Assembly (NCBI GenBank): GCA_964365185.1
Contig: CAYIOP010000003.1
Coordinates: 40,828 to 104,827, forward strand
Reading direction: 5' to 3'
From: an uncultured Candidatus Saccharibacteria bacterium
Lineage (GTDB): Bacteria > Patescibacteriota > Minisyncoccia > UBA6257 > 2-01-FULL-56-20
Length of the DNA stretch: 64,000 bases
Shown piece by piece: positions 1 through 9,441 of this stretch (positions are counted from its first letter, which is position 1; each line of letters starts with the position of its first letter). The position numbers and the translations under genes were made by a program. Below the pieces are notes generated by a model, which saw nothing but the letters and a program-made list of their open reading frames with translations, did no database searches and was not told the DNA's origin.

Positions 1-126
1 GCTGATTTTTAAAGTCGGCGCGATAATCATAATTACCCCGCCAATCAAAATCATTCCCACCACCACCGCCACCAAAACCTCGATTAAAGATTGCCCTTTT
101 TTATAAAAATTACTTTTAAAACTCAT
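1..126 (-). CDS. prepilin-type N-terminal domain protein (pilin/pseudopilin), C-terminus beyond window
   Basis: Reverse-strand ATG at 126 gives MSFKSNFYKKGQSLIEVLVAVVVGMILIGG, which carries the class III signal peptide 'G-x-x-L-I-E' prepilin motif and continues past coordinate 1. Confidence 0.5.
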   Translation of the reverse strand, partial: MSFKSNFYKKGQSLIEVLVAVVVGMILIGGVIMIIAPTLKIS

Positions 127-154
127 CTTAAATAAATCTTAATCATTTAAATAT

Positions 155-718
155 CTAGGGTGTTGTATAAGTTATTACCCCAAAAGACGAAACTGAAATT
201 GTTGACGAAACCGACTGGTTGTTTACTAAATAAATCGCTACGCTACTTGTCTCAATGGCGTTAGATACATTTCTAAGTTCTCCTACAACTTCTGAAAAAG
301 AAATCGCCCGGAAACATTTTTCAGGCCCCGGCGGATCAGTCCAACCAGCCCAAGTTGTCGATTCATTATAATCAATCGCAGCCGGCAAAGTATTCCTATA
401 AGCAATTTTTCCCGGGTAATAGTAACCGTCATTAGTAAAATAAATTCCGTAATTAGACCATCTGCTTGATCCGCCGCACATTTTCCTCTCAAAAAATACC
501 CCCCAAGTAGTTTCTTTCTCCCAAGCCACTGCCCTATCTCGCGCGTTATTCAAAGAAAAAACAATGTTTTCCACCGAAGTATCAAATTTTTTCCGAACAT
601 TCTGGCTAAAAAAATTAACCATAATTACCGCCGTGATGACCGCGATAAGCGACACCACCACTAAAAACTCAATCAAAGTAAAACCCTCTCTCCGAGAATT
701 CCTCATCTCACTAATCAT
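155..718 (-). CDS. prepilin-type N-terminal cleavage/methylation domain protein (minor pilin/pseudopilin)
   Basis: N-terminus contains GFTLIEFLVVVSLIAV, a type IV prepilin motif followed by a hydrophobic helix; it lies in the pilus locus. Confidence 0.6.
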   Translation of the reverse strand: MISEMRNSRREGFTLIEFLVVVSLIAVITAVIMVNFFSQNVRKKFDTSVENIVFSLNNARDRAVAWEKETTWGVFFERKMCGGSSRWSNYGIYFTNDGYYYPGKIAYRNTLPAAIDYNESTTWAGWTDPPGPEKCFRAISFSEVVGELRNVSNAIETSSVAIYLVNNQSVSSTISVSSFGVITYTTP

Positions 719-764
719 AACACATTTACCCCAAACTATTCTGAAAAACTGAAATAAAATTCGC

Positions 765-1973
765 TTAAAACTGAGAAGTTAATTGATAAATCGGCAAAAT
801 AATCGAAACTGCCACAAAACCCACAAAAATACCCATAGTGAGCAGTAACGCCGGCTCCACAAAAGCCACTAAGGACTTAACACTAGTTTCTATTCGAGAA
901 GCGTAAAAATTAGCCAGTGTTTCTAATACATCCTCCAAATGGCCAGCTTTTTCTGATATTCCAATTAAATTAGTCACCAACTTCGGAAAAACCACTTCTC
1001 TCTTAAAGGCCTCGCCCACAGTAAGCCCTTTGGCTAAACCCTCTTCGCTAATTCTTCTTAAACTAAACTTAAATTCATCCACATTAACTGTGTCCGCCGC
1101 AATATTGATTGTCTGCATAATTGGCAGGCCCGCCTTCATAAGCGAGCTAGTGGTTGAAGCAAATCTCTGCACCGCCAGTTCCCGATATACTTTTTTTACC
1201 AGCGGCAACCGGCTAAAAACCTTCTGAATCAAATGATGACCAATTCGATTTTTCCAGAAAAAATAAGTTCCAAAAGTAATCAAAACCAAAAAAACCGATC
1301 CAAAAATTAAAGCGTTCGCGTTTATAAAAAGACCGACCGAAAAAACTACTCGCGAAAAAAAAGGTGGGTTGATACCACTCTCATCAAAAATTTTAGCGAT
1401 TTTAGGCAACGCAAAAGTCACCAAAAAAACGAAAATCATCACCGAGGTCACTAACAAAATCAACGGGTAAATCATCGCTGACTTAATGCTGTTTCTAAGT
1501 TTTGCCTCTTGCTCCAAAGAAACACTTACTTCTTCAAAGGTCTTCTGTAGATTTCCAGAAACCTCCGCGGCTTTAATTAAATTTATAAAAACCGGAGAAA
1601 ATATTCGAGGGTATCGGGCAAAGGTTTGATAAAACGGTTGACCTCTCCCTAAATTATCCCTTACTTCCAGTAAAAAATTCCGCATCGCGGGCTTTTCAAA
1701 ATCAGCAATTAAAATATCGATAGCGGAAAGCAAATCCGTACCTACTTTAAGCATTAAAGCCAGATACCGAGTCAAAAATATTTTGTCAGTTAAATTTATT
1801 CCTCCAAAAATCCGCCGCGCCGCCCGGCTGCCTCCAGCTTGAATCGGCCTCACTGATATCGGTTTAAGTTCCTTACCCACCAAAAACTGCAAGGCCTGCT
1901 GGAAAGTATCTGTTTCCAAATCCCCCTCGCTCATCTTGCCATTTTTATCTGAAGCTAAATAATGAAAAAGCAT
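765..1973 (-). CDS. pilC: type IV pilus assembly protein PilC / GspF-family inner-membrane platform
   Basis: 402 aa with a duplicated T2SS-F-like architecture and several transmembrane segments, immediately downstream of the PilB-like ATPase. Confidence 0.75.
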   Translation of the reverse strand: MLFHYLASDKNGKMSEGDLETDTFQQALQFLVGKELKPISVRPIQAGGSRAARRIFGGINLTDKIFLTRYLALMLKVGTDLLSAIDILIADFEKPAMRNFLLEVRDNLGRGQPFYQTFARYPRIFSPVFINLIKAAEVSGNLQKTFEEVSVSLEQEAKLRNSIKSAMIYPLILLVTSVMIFVFLVTFALPKIAKIFDESGINPPFFSRVVFSVGLFINANALIFGSVFLVLITFGTYFFWKNRIGHHLIQKVFSRLPLVKKVYRELAVQRFASTTSSLMKAGLPIMQTINIAADTVNVDEFKFSLRRISEEGLAKGLTVGEAFKREVVFPKLVTNLIGISEKAGHLEDVLETLANFYASRIETSVKSLVAFVEPALLLTMGIFVGFVAVSIILPIYQLTSQF

Positions 1974-2159
1974 TTCCTATATATTATAACCTATCTCACC
2001 TTTACTACCCTAATAAGTTTGTCAACTATTTTTAAAAAGACCTCTAGTTCAAAATAAACGGTATTTTTTATTGGATTTTTTACGTTAGGCCTTTTGGCTA
2101 CGGAAAAAATTCAAGAAAAAATATGCCCGCTTAAACCAACCCTAAAAAATAAAACCAAC

Positions 2160-3875
2160 TTACTCCCTAATCACCCTCAAGACCTCGTCAATCGTCGTCA
2201 TGGCAAGCTCCACTTTCATTAACCCGTCCTCAAACATCGTTCTCATCCCGTTTTCTCGCGCCGTCATCATCAATTTCTCCAAAGTAAAATCCTTGCTAAT
2301 AATTACTTTTTTAATTTTCTCATTCACATCTAAGTATTCAAAAATTCCCAACCGGCCTCGATAACCAGTTGTCCCGCAATTCGAACAACCCTTACCTCTG
2401 TAAAAATTTTTAGGCAATTTAACTTGGTTAGGATCCAAAGCCAATTCCGTAAGCTGATTCCGAATCACATCTTTTACTTCCGGCTCAATTTCATAAGAAG
2501 AAATACAGGTCTGGCAAATTCTCCTCACTAATCTCTGAGCAATAATCAAATTCAAAACCGAAACCACTAAAAAAGGCGGCACTTTTAAATCAAAAAGTCG
2601 GGGTATCACTGTCGGCGAATCATTAGTATGCACCGAAGACAAAAGCAAATGCCCGGTTAAAGCCGCCTGAACCGAAATTCCGGCTGTCTCCGCGTCTCGA
2701 ATCTCACCCACCATAATAATATTCGGGTCTTGCCTTAAAATCGCTCTAAGTCCCGAAGAAAAAGTAATACCAGCTTGAGTGTTAATCTGAGTTTGGTTAA
2801 CGTAGCGCATATTATATTCCACCGGATCCTCAACTGTAACAATATTGACTTGTGGCCGGTTTAAAATATCCATCAAAGCGTAAAGCGTCGTTGTTTTACC
2901 TGATCCAGTTGGTCCACAAATCAAGACCATGCCGTAGGCCGTCTTAAGATTTTCCCTCATCAACTTCACATCGTCCGCTAACACCCCTAATTCTTCCAAA
3001 GAAAGCGGCTTTTGAGCCGCCTCAAGTAACCGCATCACCACCTTCTCGCCGTAAAAAGTCGGTAAAATCGAAACCCTAACATCAATCACTTGATTAACAA
3101 TCTGATAATGAAAACGTCCGTCTTGAGGCTTAAAATGCTCGTCGATTTTAAGACCAGAGAGAATCTTAATTCTAGCCACGAGCGCCGAATGAATCGCTTT
3201 GGGCATCCTCATAATTTCAAAAAGAATGCCGTCAACTCGATAACGAACCAAAGTCACATCTTCTAAAACTTCAAGATGAATATCCGACGCTCTTGAAGAC
3301 ATGGCGTATGACAAAAGATTCTCCACAATTGAGACAATCGGCAAAAGCGAAGCTGCCTCCTCAATTGTTTTGGCTTCCCCTCGAAGCGACTCCTGAATAT
3401 TTTTTTCAATCAGCTGCTTAAAATCTTGAGATGATTGCAACCCATAAATGGCAAAGCCCCGATTCAAATCGCTATCCGTGGCCAAAAAAACATTAATCCT
3501 GGATTTAAGATGTTGCGATAAAAATTTAACCGTCTCCAAGTTACTCGGGTCAGTCATCGCCACATTAAAGCTTCCGTCTTTTTCTTTATTAAAAACGATC
3601 ACCTCTCTCCTCCTCGCAATGTCTTCAGGCAAAATCTTAACCACTTCCGGATCAACGTTTTTAGTGTCAAGCTTAGCCAATCCCACTCCCAAAATCGAAG
3701 CTAAAAGATTGCCCAAATAAGTCGCCTCAACTACACCCTGAGAAATTAATAAATCTAAAATGCCTTGATTTTTACGCTTAGCATCATCAACGATAGTTTG
3801 AAACCGTTCTGCAGTCACTAGTCCCTCTTGAACCAATTTATTTTTAAGTTGTTCCTCTGGAATCGGTAAATGCAT
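2160..3875 (-). CDS. pilB: type IV pilus assembly ATPase PilB (GspE family)
   Basis: Walker A motif GPTGSGKTTT, GspE signature regions, and a C-terminal Cys cluster (CQTC...CSNCGTTGYRGR). I moved the start to the ATG at 3875 (MHLPIPEEQ) to avoid the upstream overlap. Confidence 0.85.
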   Translation of the reverse strand: MHLPIPEEQLKNKLVQEGLVTAERFQTIVDDAKRKNQGILDLLISQGVVEATYLGNLLASILGVGLAKLDTKNVDPEVVKILPEDIARRREVIVFNKEKDGSFNVAMTDPSNLETVKFLSQHLKSRINVFLATDSDLNRGFAIYGLQSSQDFKQLIEKNIQESLRGEAKTIEEAASLLPIVSIVENLLSYAMSSRASDIHLEVLEDVTLVRYRVDGILFEIMRMPKAIHSALVARIKILSGLKIDEHFKPQDGRFHYQIVNQVIDVRVSILPTFYGEKVVMRLLEAAQKPLSLEELGVLADDVKLMRENLKTAYGMVLICGPTGSGKTTTLYALMDILNRPQVNIVTVEDPVEYNMRYVNQTQINTQAGITFSSGLRAILRQDPNIIMVGEIRDAETAGISVQAALTGHLLLSSVHTNDSPTVIPRLFDLKVPPFLVVSVLNLIIAQRLVRRICQTCISSYEIEPEVKDVIRNQLTELALDPNQVKLPKNFYRGKGCSNCGTTGYRGRLGIFEYLDVNEKIKKVIISKDFTLEKLMMTARENGMRTMFEDGLMKVELAMTTIDEVLRVIRE

Positions 3876-3925
3876 AAAAAAAATAATATTATTAGTCCCT
3901 CGCTCTTTAATAAAAGGGTGAGAAA

Positions 3926-4588
<663 letters not shown>

Positions 4589-4602
4589 CTAAACGATTAT
4601 GT

Positions 4603-5211
4603 TTAGAGATTTAATCCTGGCTGAGTTCCAACTTCATAGAGCCCACTAGAAGTTCCTCCGTCATTCTCAGAACTACTAGCAAACTTAGTACTTTCTAATC
4701 GAGTATTAACTTCAAAACCGCCAGATCCATCAGTCGCGTAAGCATAATAAGAACTGGAACTATTCGGCGAAACCGGATCAACTGGATAGGCAGAAACTGG
4801 AGCTCCGGAACTAATCGTATTTAAATTAACCGGTATCCAACCAACTCCACCCACATTTCTCTTATTTGACTCTGTTGTACTCGCAACTATAGTAATAGCC
4901 GCCGCAAAACGCCCGCCGCAATTAGCTATAGGTGGACGAGGAACAGAAGCTGCCGCATCGCTCGAAATAGAAATATAACACACACTTAAAGCCGTGCTAC
5001 TCCCGTAATTAGGCGCACTCACATCCGCTCCATATAAAGACAAAGCGCTTTTCAAAGTGGCGAAATCCGAAGTCCTGGTGGAGTCCCGAGCTTGTCTTAA
5101 TAATTCGGCCGGATTTAAAGTTAAGATCACGACCGTCGCCAGAATCGCGATAATACCAATTACAATCAGAAGCTCAATCAAAGTAAAACCCTTCACCTGT
5201 TTTCTAGGCAT
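4603..5211 (-). CDS. type IV pilin (major pilin, PilA-like)
   Basis: N-terminus MPRKQVKGFTLIELLIVIGIIAILA is a canonical prepilin leader with GFTLIE; 202 aa. Confidence 0.75.
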   Translation of the reverse strand: MPRKQVKGFTLIELLIVIGIIAILATVVILTLNPAELLRQARDSTRTSDFATLKSALSLYGADVSAPNYGSSTALSVCYISISSDAAASVPRPPIANCGGRFAAAITIVASTTESNKRNVGGVGWIPVNLNTISSGAPVSAYPVDPVSPNSSSSYYAYATDGSGGFEVNTRLESTKFASSSENDGGTSSGLYEVGTQPGLNL

Positions 5212-5349
5212 TTATATTTATTTATTTTCTTTAAGACCTTTTTCCTTTAAATTCGACCTTTGCAAAACCTGAAAGTATTATAGCATAGATTGATTTTCGC
5301 CTTAAAAATCAAGTGTGGATAACTCCCAATTTTGCGTGAGAGTAAACGA

Positions 5350-5383
5350 ACCAACAAAATTGAGTACCCCGCCTTTGGCGGGG
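5350..5383 (-). terminator. putative intrinsic terminator downstream of the RluA gene
   Basis: Hairpin CCCCGCC-ttt-GGCGGGG at 5367-5383, followed on the minus strand by the U-rich tract UACUCAAUUUUGUU. Confidence 0.4.
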
Positions 5384-5471
5384 TTGCCTATCAAGTATTT
5401 CTGCCTATTCCCGCTTCTAAAATTTCCATATCTGCGTCCCTCGCTCCTTTTCAAGAGTGAGGGATACGCTT

Positions 5472-6245
5472 CTATATCATAGCTAAACTTTTAATTACTC
5501 GCTTAAAATCCTCTGGCTCTTCGGCTTCAACCTTAATCCGCTCGCCATTAATTTTCGTAAATTCCAAGGACTCCGCGTGCAACATCAATCTACCTGGATT
5601 AAATATCCCAATTTTTGTTTTTGCATAAATCTTATCTCCCACTACCGGATGCCCAATTAAAGCCAGATGCACGCGAATCTGATGAGTTCGACCTGTCTTT
5701 GGAAAAACATTGAGCGACGAAAAATCTTGAAAAGATTTCTTGTTGCTAAAACCTTTAACCTGCAACCTATAACCTGCCATCATTTTATATTCAGTTATCG
5801 CCTTCTTTTCCATTTTAGAAGAAAAAGTTGTTCGTTTTATGGTCCCAGATTTTATCCCAATCGGCTGGTCAATTATTCCCTCCCTCTTTTCGATTAACCC
5901 ATAAACCAAAGCTATGTATTTTTTTATGATCTTCCTTTCTTGAAACAACGACTTTAAATATTCAAAAGTCGCCTGATTTTTCGCCACCACCATCACTCCG
6001 GAAGTATCTCTGTCCAACCGATGCACAATTCCCGGCCTCAAATCTACTTGCCCTGAGTTTGTCGAAGGGTCCCCCACTCCCTTTACCTCTGGGTAATTTT
6101 CCAAAAGCCAATTCACTAAAGTTTCCTCCTTTTGGAAATTTGAAAATTGATCATTGAAAATTCTCGTCCGATGGACGAGGAGTCCCGCCGGCTTATTTAT
6201 AACCAATAAATCCCCATCTTCATAAACTACTTTTGGTAAATCCAT
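5472..6245 (-). CDS. RluA-family pseudouridine synthase
   Basis: HRLDRDTSGVMVVAKN catalytic-Asp motif, as in RluA/RluD-type synthases. Confidence 0.8.
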   Translation of the reverse strand: MDLPKVVYEDGDLLVINKPAGLLVHRTRIFNDQFSNFQKEETLVNWLLENYPEVKGVGDPSTNSGQVDLRPGIVHRLDRDTSGVMVVAKNQATFEYLKSLFQERKIIKKYIALVYGLIEKREGIIDQPIGIKSGTIKRTTFSSKMEKKAITEYKMMAGYRLQVKGFSNKKSFQDFSSLNVFPKTGRTHQIRVHLALIGHPVVGDKIYAKTKIGIFNPGRLMLHAESLEFTKINGERIKVEAEEPEDFKRVIKSLAMI

Positions 6246-6251
6246 TGGCGT

Positions 6252-6679
6252 TTAAATTAAATTCAGCTTAACCACCTCCGGCACCGTAAAAAATTCAAGC
6301 GCCCCGCCTAATTTAATGCCTTTAATCTTATATTCCCTATCCAACCATAAAAATTCTTTAATTTCGGAATTAATTTGAATTTCGCCTCGATAATCAACAA
6401 AATATAAATCCATAATTAAAGGCACTTTTTCAAAATGCGCCTCACCTTCATATCTTTTAAAAAATGAAAATGCGTTAAATTAACCTGTAATTCTTCATGC
6501 AGTTCCCGCCTTAAACATTCTTCAAAACTCTCGTCTCGCTCATGCTTGCCTCCAGGAATAATAAATTCCTCCTTGCCTCTTTTTCGAACCACCAAAAGCT
6601 TGCGATCTTTAATCGCTATGGCTCCAATTTTATGAATTCCTTCTTGAGGAATATCTCCGCAAAAACAGGTCTTAAACAT
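6252..6679 (-). pseudogene. Nudix hydrolase, apparently frameshifted
   Basis: The N-terminal frame (start ATG 6679) holds the Nudix box GGKHERDESFEECLRRELHEELQV and then hits a stop at 6416. A second frame (6252-6470) continues with Nudix-like C-terminal sequence (...HFEKVPLIMDLYFVDYRGEIQINSEIKEFLWLDRE...). The junction is in a homopolymer run (ttttaaaaaatgaaaatg, ~6460-6480). Confidence 0.45.
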
Positions 6680-6753
6680 AGGTGAGTGTGGATGGAATGG
6701 AAACCAAGACCTTTGTCTTACTGTGCCCCGTAACAAACTTTCCATCTCCTCTG

Positions 6754-6825
6754 TGGGCACACTTGGAATTGAACCAAGGGCCTCTGTCTTATCAGGACAG
6801 CGTTCTACCACTGAACTATGTGCCC
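6754..6825 (-). tRNA. tRNA-Ile (anticodon GAT)
   Basis: The reverse complement folds as a cloverleaf: acceptor GGGCACA/TGTGCCC, D-arm GTTC-AGTGGTA-GAAC, anticodon arm CTGTC-CTGATAA-GACAG, T-arm CTTGG-TTCAATT-CCAAG. Confidence 0.8.
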
Positions 6826-7225
6826 ATCAATGGAAAGTTTGGTATCGGGGTTAGGACCGTGTTTTATTTCACCCGCCTAAATTTTACGCAGTAAAACTTG
6901 GGCGGGCAAGCTAAACTACACGCCCTTTAAAAATTTTGACTACTTAAAACTACCTCAACGTAAGCCTTAATAGCCATCATAATTTTTCTTTTGATTATAG
7001 TATTAGAAAGTGTTACTGAGCAAGTTCTGTGTCTAAATGACTCTTCGTACAAAAAACTTGCTTTCTTGTTTTTAGTTATATATGGCTTATAAAATTGATA
7101 TTTCTTAAAACCCAACTCGTTCTTCCAAAATTGACTTGATTTTAATTTTACAGAAGTTAAAGTAGAAGAATCGTAAATGGGTTTTTATAAGCATCCATAA
7201 TTTAGCTTACTCCCCAGTTTTGTTT

Positions 7226-7297
7226 GCGCGGTTAGCTCAGTGGTAGAGCGTTTCGTTGACATCGAAAAGGCCAGAAGTTCGATCCTTCTACCGCGCA
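7226..7297 (+). tRNA. tRNA-Val (anticodon GAC)
   Basis: Acceptor GCGCGGT/ACCGCGC, D-arm GCTC-AGTGGTA-GAGC, anticodon loop TTGACAT, T-arm AGAAG-TTCGATC-CTTCT; CCA is not encoded. Confidence 0.85.
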
Positions 7298-7334
7298 CCC
7301 TTAAAAAATTTCTTTCCCGTATTTAATCCCCCAC

Positions 7335-7538
7335 CTACAAACCTAAATTCAGTTGAGACGCTTTTTCAATATTGAAATGAGCGGCTTCGCCATCAAAAGA
7401 TTTTAATTCCGTTGACTCATTAAAGCTTAAAACCAAAAACCTCGCTCCCCAAATATAAAACATCAAAATAACAGTCAGAAAAATGCCCGCGAAAATAATT
7501 AAAATCTTATCAAAATGTTCTCGAAAAAAAATTTTCAT
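7335..7538 (-). CDS. small membrane protein (hypothetical)
   Basis: 67-aa ORF with a single transmembrane helix, immediately downstream of the 7545..8078 gene. Confidence 0.3.
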   Translation of the reverse strand: MKIFFREHFDKILIIFAGIFLTVILMFYIWGARFLVLSFNESTELKSFDGEAAHFNIEKASQLNLGL

Positions 7539-7544
7539 TTCTTA

Positions 7545-8078
7545 TTATTTAAAAAATACTTTTCCTACTACCGTCACGTAATAACCCTCGGCTCCCCTGT
7601 TAATATCAAAATTATCAAAATTCAACAGGAACTGATTCGATTCCCTTTCTAATCTCCTCATTAACGCCACAATATTGCTTAAATCTCCGCTTAATCGAAT
7701 TGAAAACTGAGCTTGTCCAAAACCCTCCTCATTTGGTAAAACCTCATTGCCTTGAAAACTAAAAGTAATGCCAACTTGGTAATTCGAGGCCTCCCTATCC
7801 AACCATCCTGAAAAATTAACCACTAATTCATCTCTTGTGGCGATTAAACGCTCAAGAGCTTGGCTAAATCGAACAGCTTCTGTTTTTTCTTTTTTAAGAC
7901 TCGCCAAAGTCCCCGTTAAATTAGAACCCTGTCTAATCAAGCTCTTTTTTTCTACAATCTCTTGAATATTTTTGTTAATTTGAGCTCGAGACCAATAAAA
8001 AGCCGGAATAAAAATCATCGCTCCGCCTAAAATTATCCCAAGCGTAATCCAAATTTGGCGCCGATAATCAGATGACAT
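7545..8078 (-). CDS. membrane-anchored protein, possibly a PilN/PilO-like pilus assembly component
   Basis: N-terminal transmembrane helix, a coiled-coil segment and a C-terminal globular part. The assignment by similarity is weak. A TATAAT box precedes the gene on the minus strand (revcomp of 8081-8111) and an SD-like AAAAAGG sits immediately upstream of the ATG at 8078. Confidence 0.4.
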   Translation of the reverse strand: MSSDYRRQIWITLGIILGGAMIFIPAFYWSRAQINKNIQEIVEKKSLIRQGSNLTGTLASLKKEKTEAVRFSQALERLIATRDELVVNFSGWLDREASNYQVGITFSFQGNEVLPNEEGFGQAQFSIRLSGDLSNIVALMRRLERESNQFLLNFDNFDINRGAEGYYVTVVGKVFFK

Positions 8079-8080
8079 CC

Positions 8081-8111
8081 TTTTTATTATAACATATACC
8101 CCGTAGGAAAT
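8081..8111 (-). promoter_or_regulatory. conserved promoter motif ATTTCCTACGGGG-TATAnn (copy 1)
   Basis: Reverse complement reads ATTTCCTACGGGGTATATGTTATAATAAAAAGG-ATG. The same 13-nt block next to a -10-like hexamer recurs at 32855-32880 and 32981-33007. Confidence 0.45.
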
Positions 8112-8162
8112 TAGATATTTTTTGCTTTATTTCAAAAACCAAAGTTATAATAACTAACATCT

Positions 8163-9194
8163 ATGGAACCAATCTTCTACAACTCTTTAAATTTAGCGCT
8201 CGAAAGCAATTACTCAAAATTGACTCGACTAAAAAACCATTACCAGACTTGGCAAAGAGCCTGGGAAAATATTCAAAATTCAGAAAAGCAAAGTTATAAT
8301 CCCGAAAAAGAATGGCAAAAATTAGAAAATCTAAATATCAAGCTGTGTCTCTTAGGCGACCTCTCATTTCCTCCTTTACTTCAAGAAATTCCTCACCCGC
8401 CTTTTGGTCTCTATCTTTTAGGCAACGACAAAATTATTTCTCAAGAATCAATCGCGATTGTTGGCACTCGTAAAGCCAGCCAAACCGGTAAAGAATTGGC
8501 TAAACATTTTTCCACCTCTTTAGCCCAAGCGGATTTAAATATTATAAGCGGCTTAGCTCTAGGCATTGACACCAAAAGCCACGAAGGCGCCCTGGAAGCT
8601 AAAAAAAACACGGTGGCAGTTTTTGGCAACGGCTTAGATTATATTTATCCCAGAATAAATGAAAAGTTAGCAAAAAAAATATTGGATCAAAGTGGCTTGC
8701 TGGTTTCAGAATACCCACCGGGCACACCCTCTCTTCCTTACCGCTTTCTTGAAAGAAATAGAATTATAAGCGGCCTCTCTCGAGGCATTCTAATTATTGA
8801 AGCCCCTGAAAATTCAGGATCGCTGGCCACTGCCCGTTTTGCCCTTGATCAAAATCGGGAAATTTTTGTTGTCCCCGGCTTTATTAATCATCCTAATTTC
8901 AAGGGCTCAAATGAATTAATCCGCCAAGGAGCCACTCTCGTCACAAAACCGGAACATATTTTAGAAGTGCTGAAACCAGAATTTTTAACCACGCCTAAAA
9001 ATCCTCCAACAATTTTTAACATTACCCAGGAAGAATCTAAAATTCTAAATACCTTTTCCTCTACTCATCAAACCTTAAATATTGACAAAATTATTGAACT
9101 CACTAAACTTGACGCCCAGACAGTCAACCAAACTTTATCTTTCCTTGTTATTAAAAATTTAATCAAAGAAACTGAAAACGGCTATACCCTCTAA
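8163..9194 (+). CDS. dprA: DNA processing protein DprA (Smf)
   Basis: Rossmann-like DprA core (IAIVGTRKAS...GLALGIDTKSHEGAL...) plus a C-terminal wHTH-like tail. Confidence 0.85.
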   Translation: MEPIFYNSLNLALESNYSKLTRLKNHYQTWQRAWENIQNSEKQSYNPEKEWQKLENLNIKLCLLGDLSFPPLLQEIPHPPFGLYLLGNDKIISQESIAIVGTRKASQTGKELAKHFSTSLAQADLNIISGLALGIDTKSHEGALEAKKNTVAVFGNGLDYIYPRINEKLAKKILDQSGLLVSEYPPGTPSLPYRFLERNRIISGLSRGILIIEAPENSGSLATARFALDQNREIFVVPGFINHPNFKGSNELIRQGATLVTKPEHILEVLKPEFLTTPKNPPTIFNITQEESKILNTFSSTHQTLNIDKIIELTKLDAQTVNQTLSFLVIKNLIKETENGYTL

Positions 9195-9258
9195 AATGCA
9201 AAATTTAAAAATTAAAATTCAAAATAGCAAATCAAAATTATAAAATTAATTTTAACTT

Positions 9259-9399
9259 ATGAGTAAAAATTTCGATTTACGAAACCCCGCAGCCGGCAAG
9301 CTCGGTGTCCCGCCTCGGTGGGACTTGCCGAGCGAGGACAAGGAAGATTGGCCGCTGGAGCCAATCATCCGGGTTGAGTGAATTAAAATTTTTACTCAT
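9259..9399. repeat. MITE-like element: 14-bp perfect terminal inverted repeats around a GC-rich structured core
   Basis: ATGAGTAAAAATTT (9259-9272) and AAATTTTTACTCAT (9386-9399) bracket a ~115-nt GC-rich segment containing nested hairpins (GTCCC-GCCTCGGT-GGGAC; CGGCAAG...CTTGCCG) in an otherwise AT-rich intergenic region upstream of topA. Confidence 0.5.
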
Positions 9400-9441
9400 A
9401 TAAAATTACTCCGGTTGATTTTTTAACTTTAAATTTTATTC

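Noticed and set aside
5436-5465. 9-bp hairpin immediately after the rluA stop as its terminator
   Set aside because: The stem is good, but the U-tract is 12 nt away. The second hairpin at 5367-5383 is a better terminator candidate, so I listed only that one.
6416-6811. 131-aa Nudix ORF as given by the track
   Set aside because: Its 5' 130 nt overlap tRNA-Ile(GAT) on the same strand. The real start is the internal ATG at 6679, and the gene is additionally frameshifted.
6927-7115. 62-aa minus-strand ORF between the two tRNA genes
   Set aside because: It lies in an AT-rich divergent tRNA promoter region, has a Lys/Ile-rich low-complexity composition and no SD.
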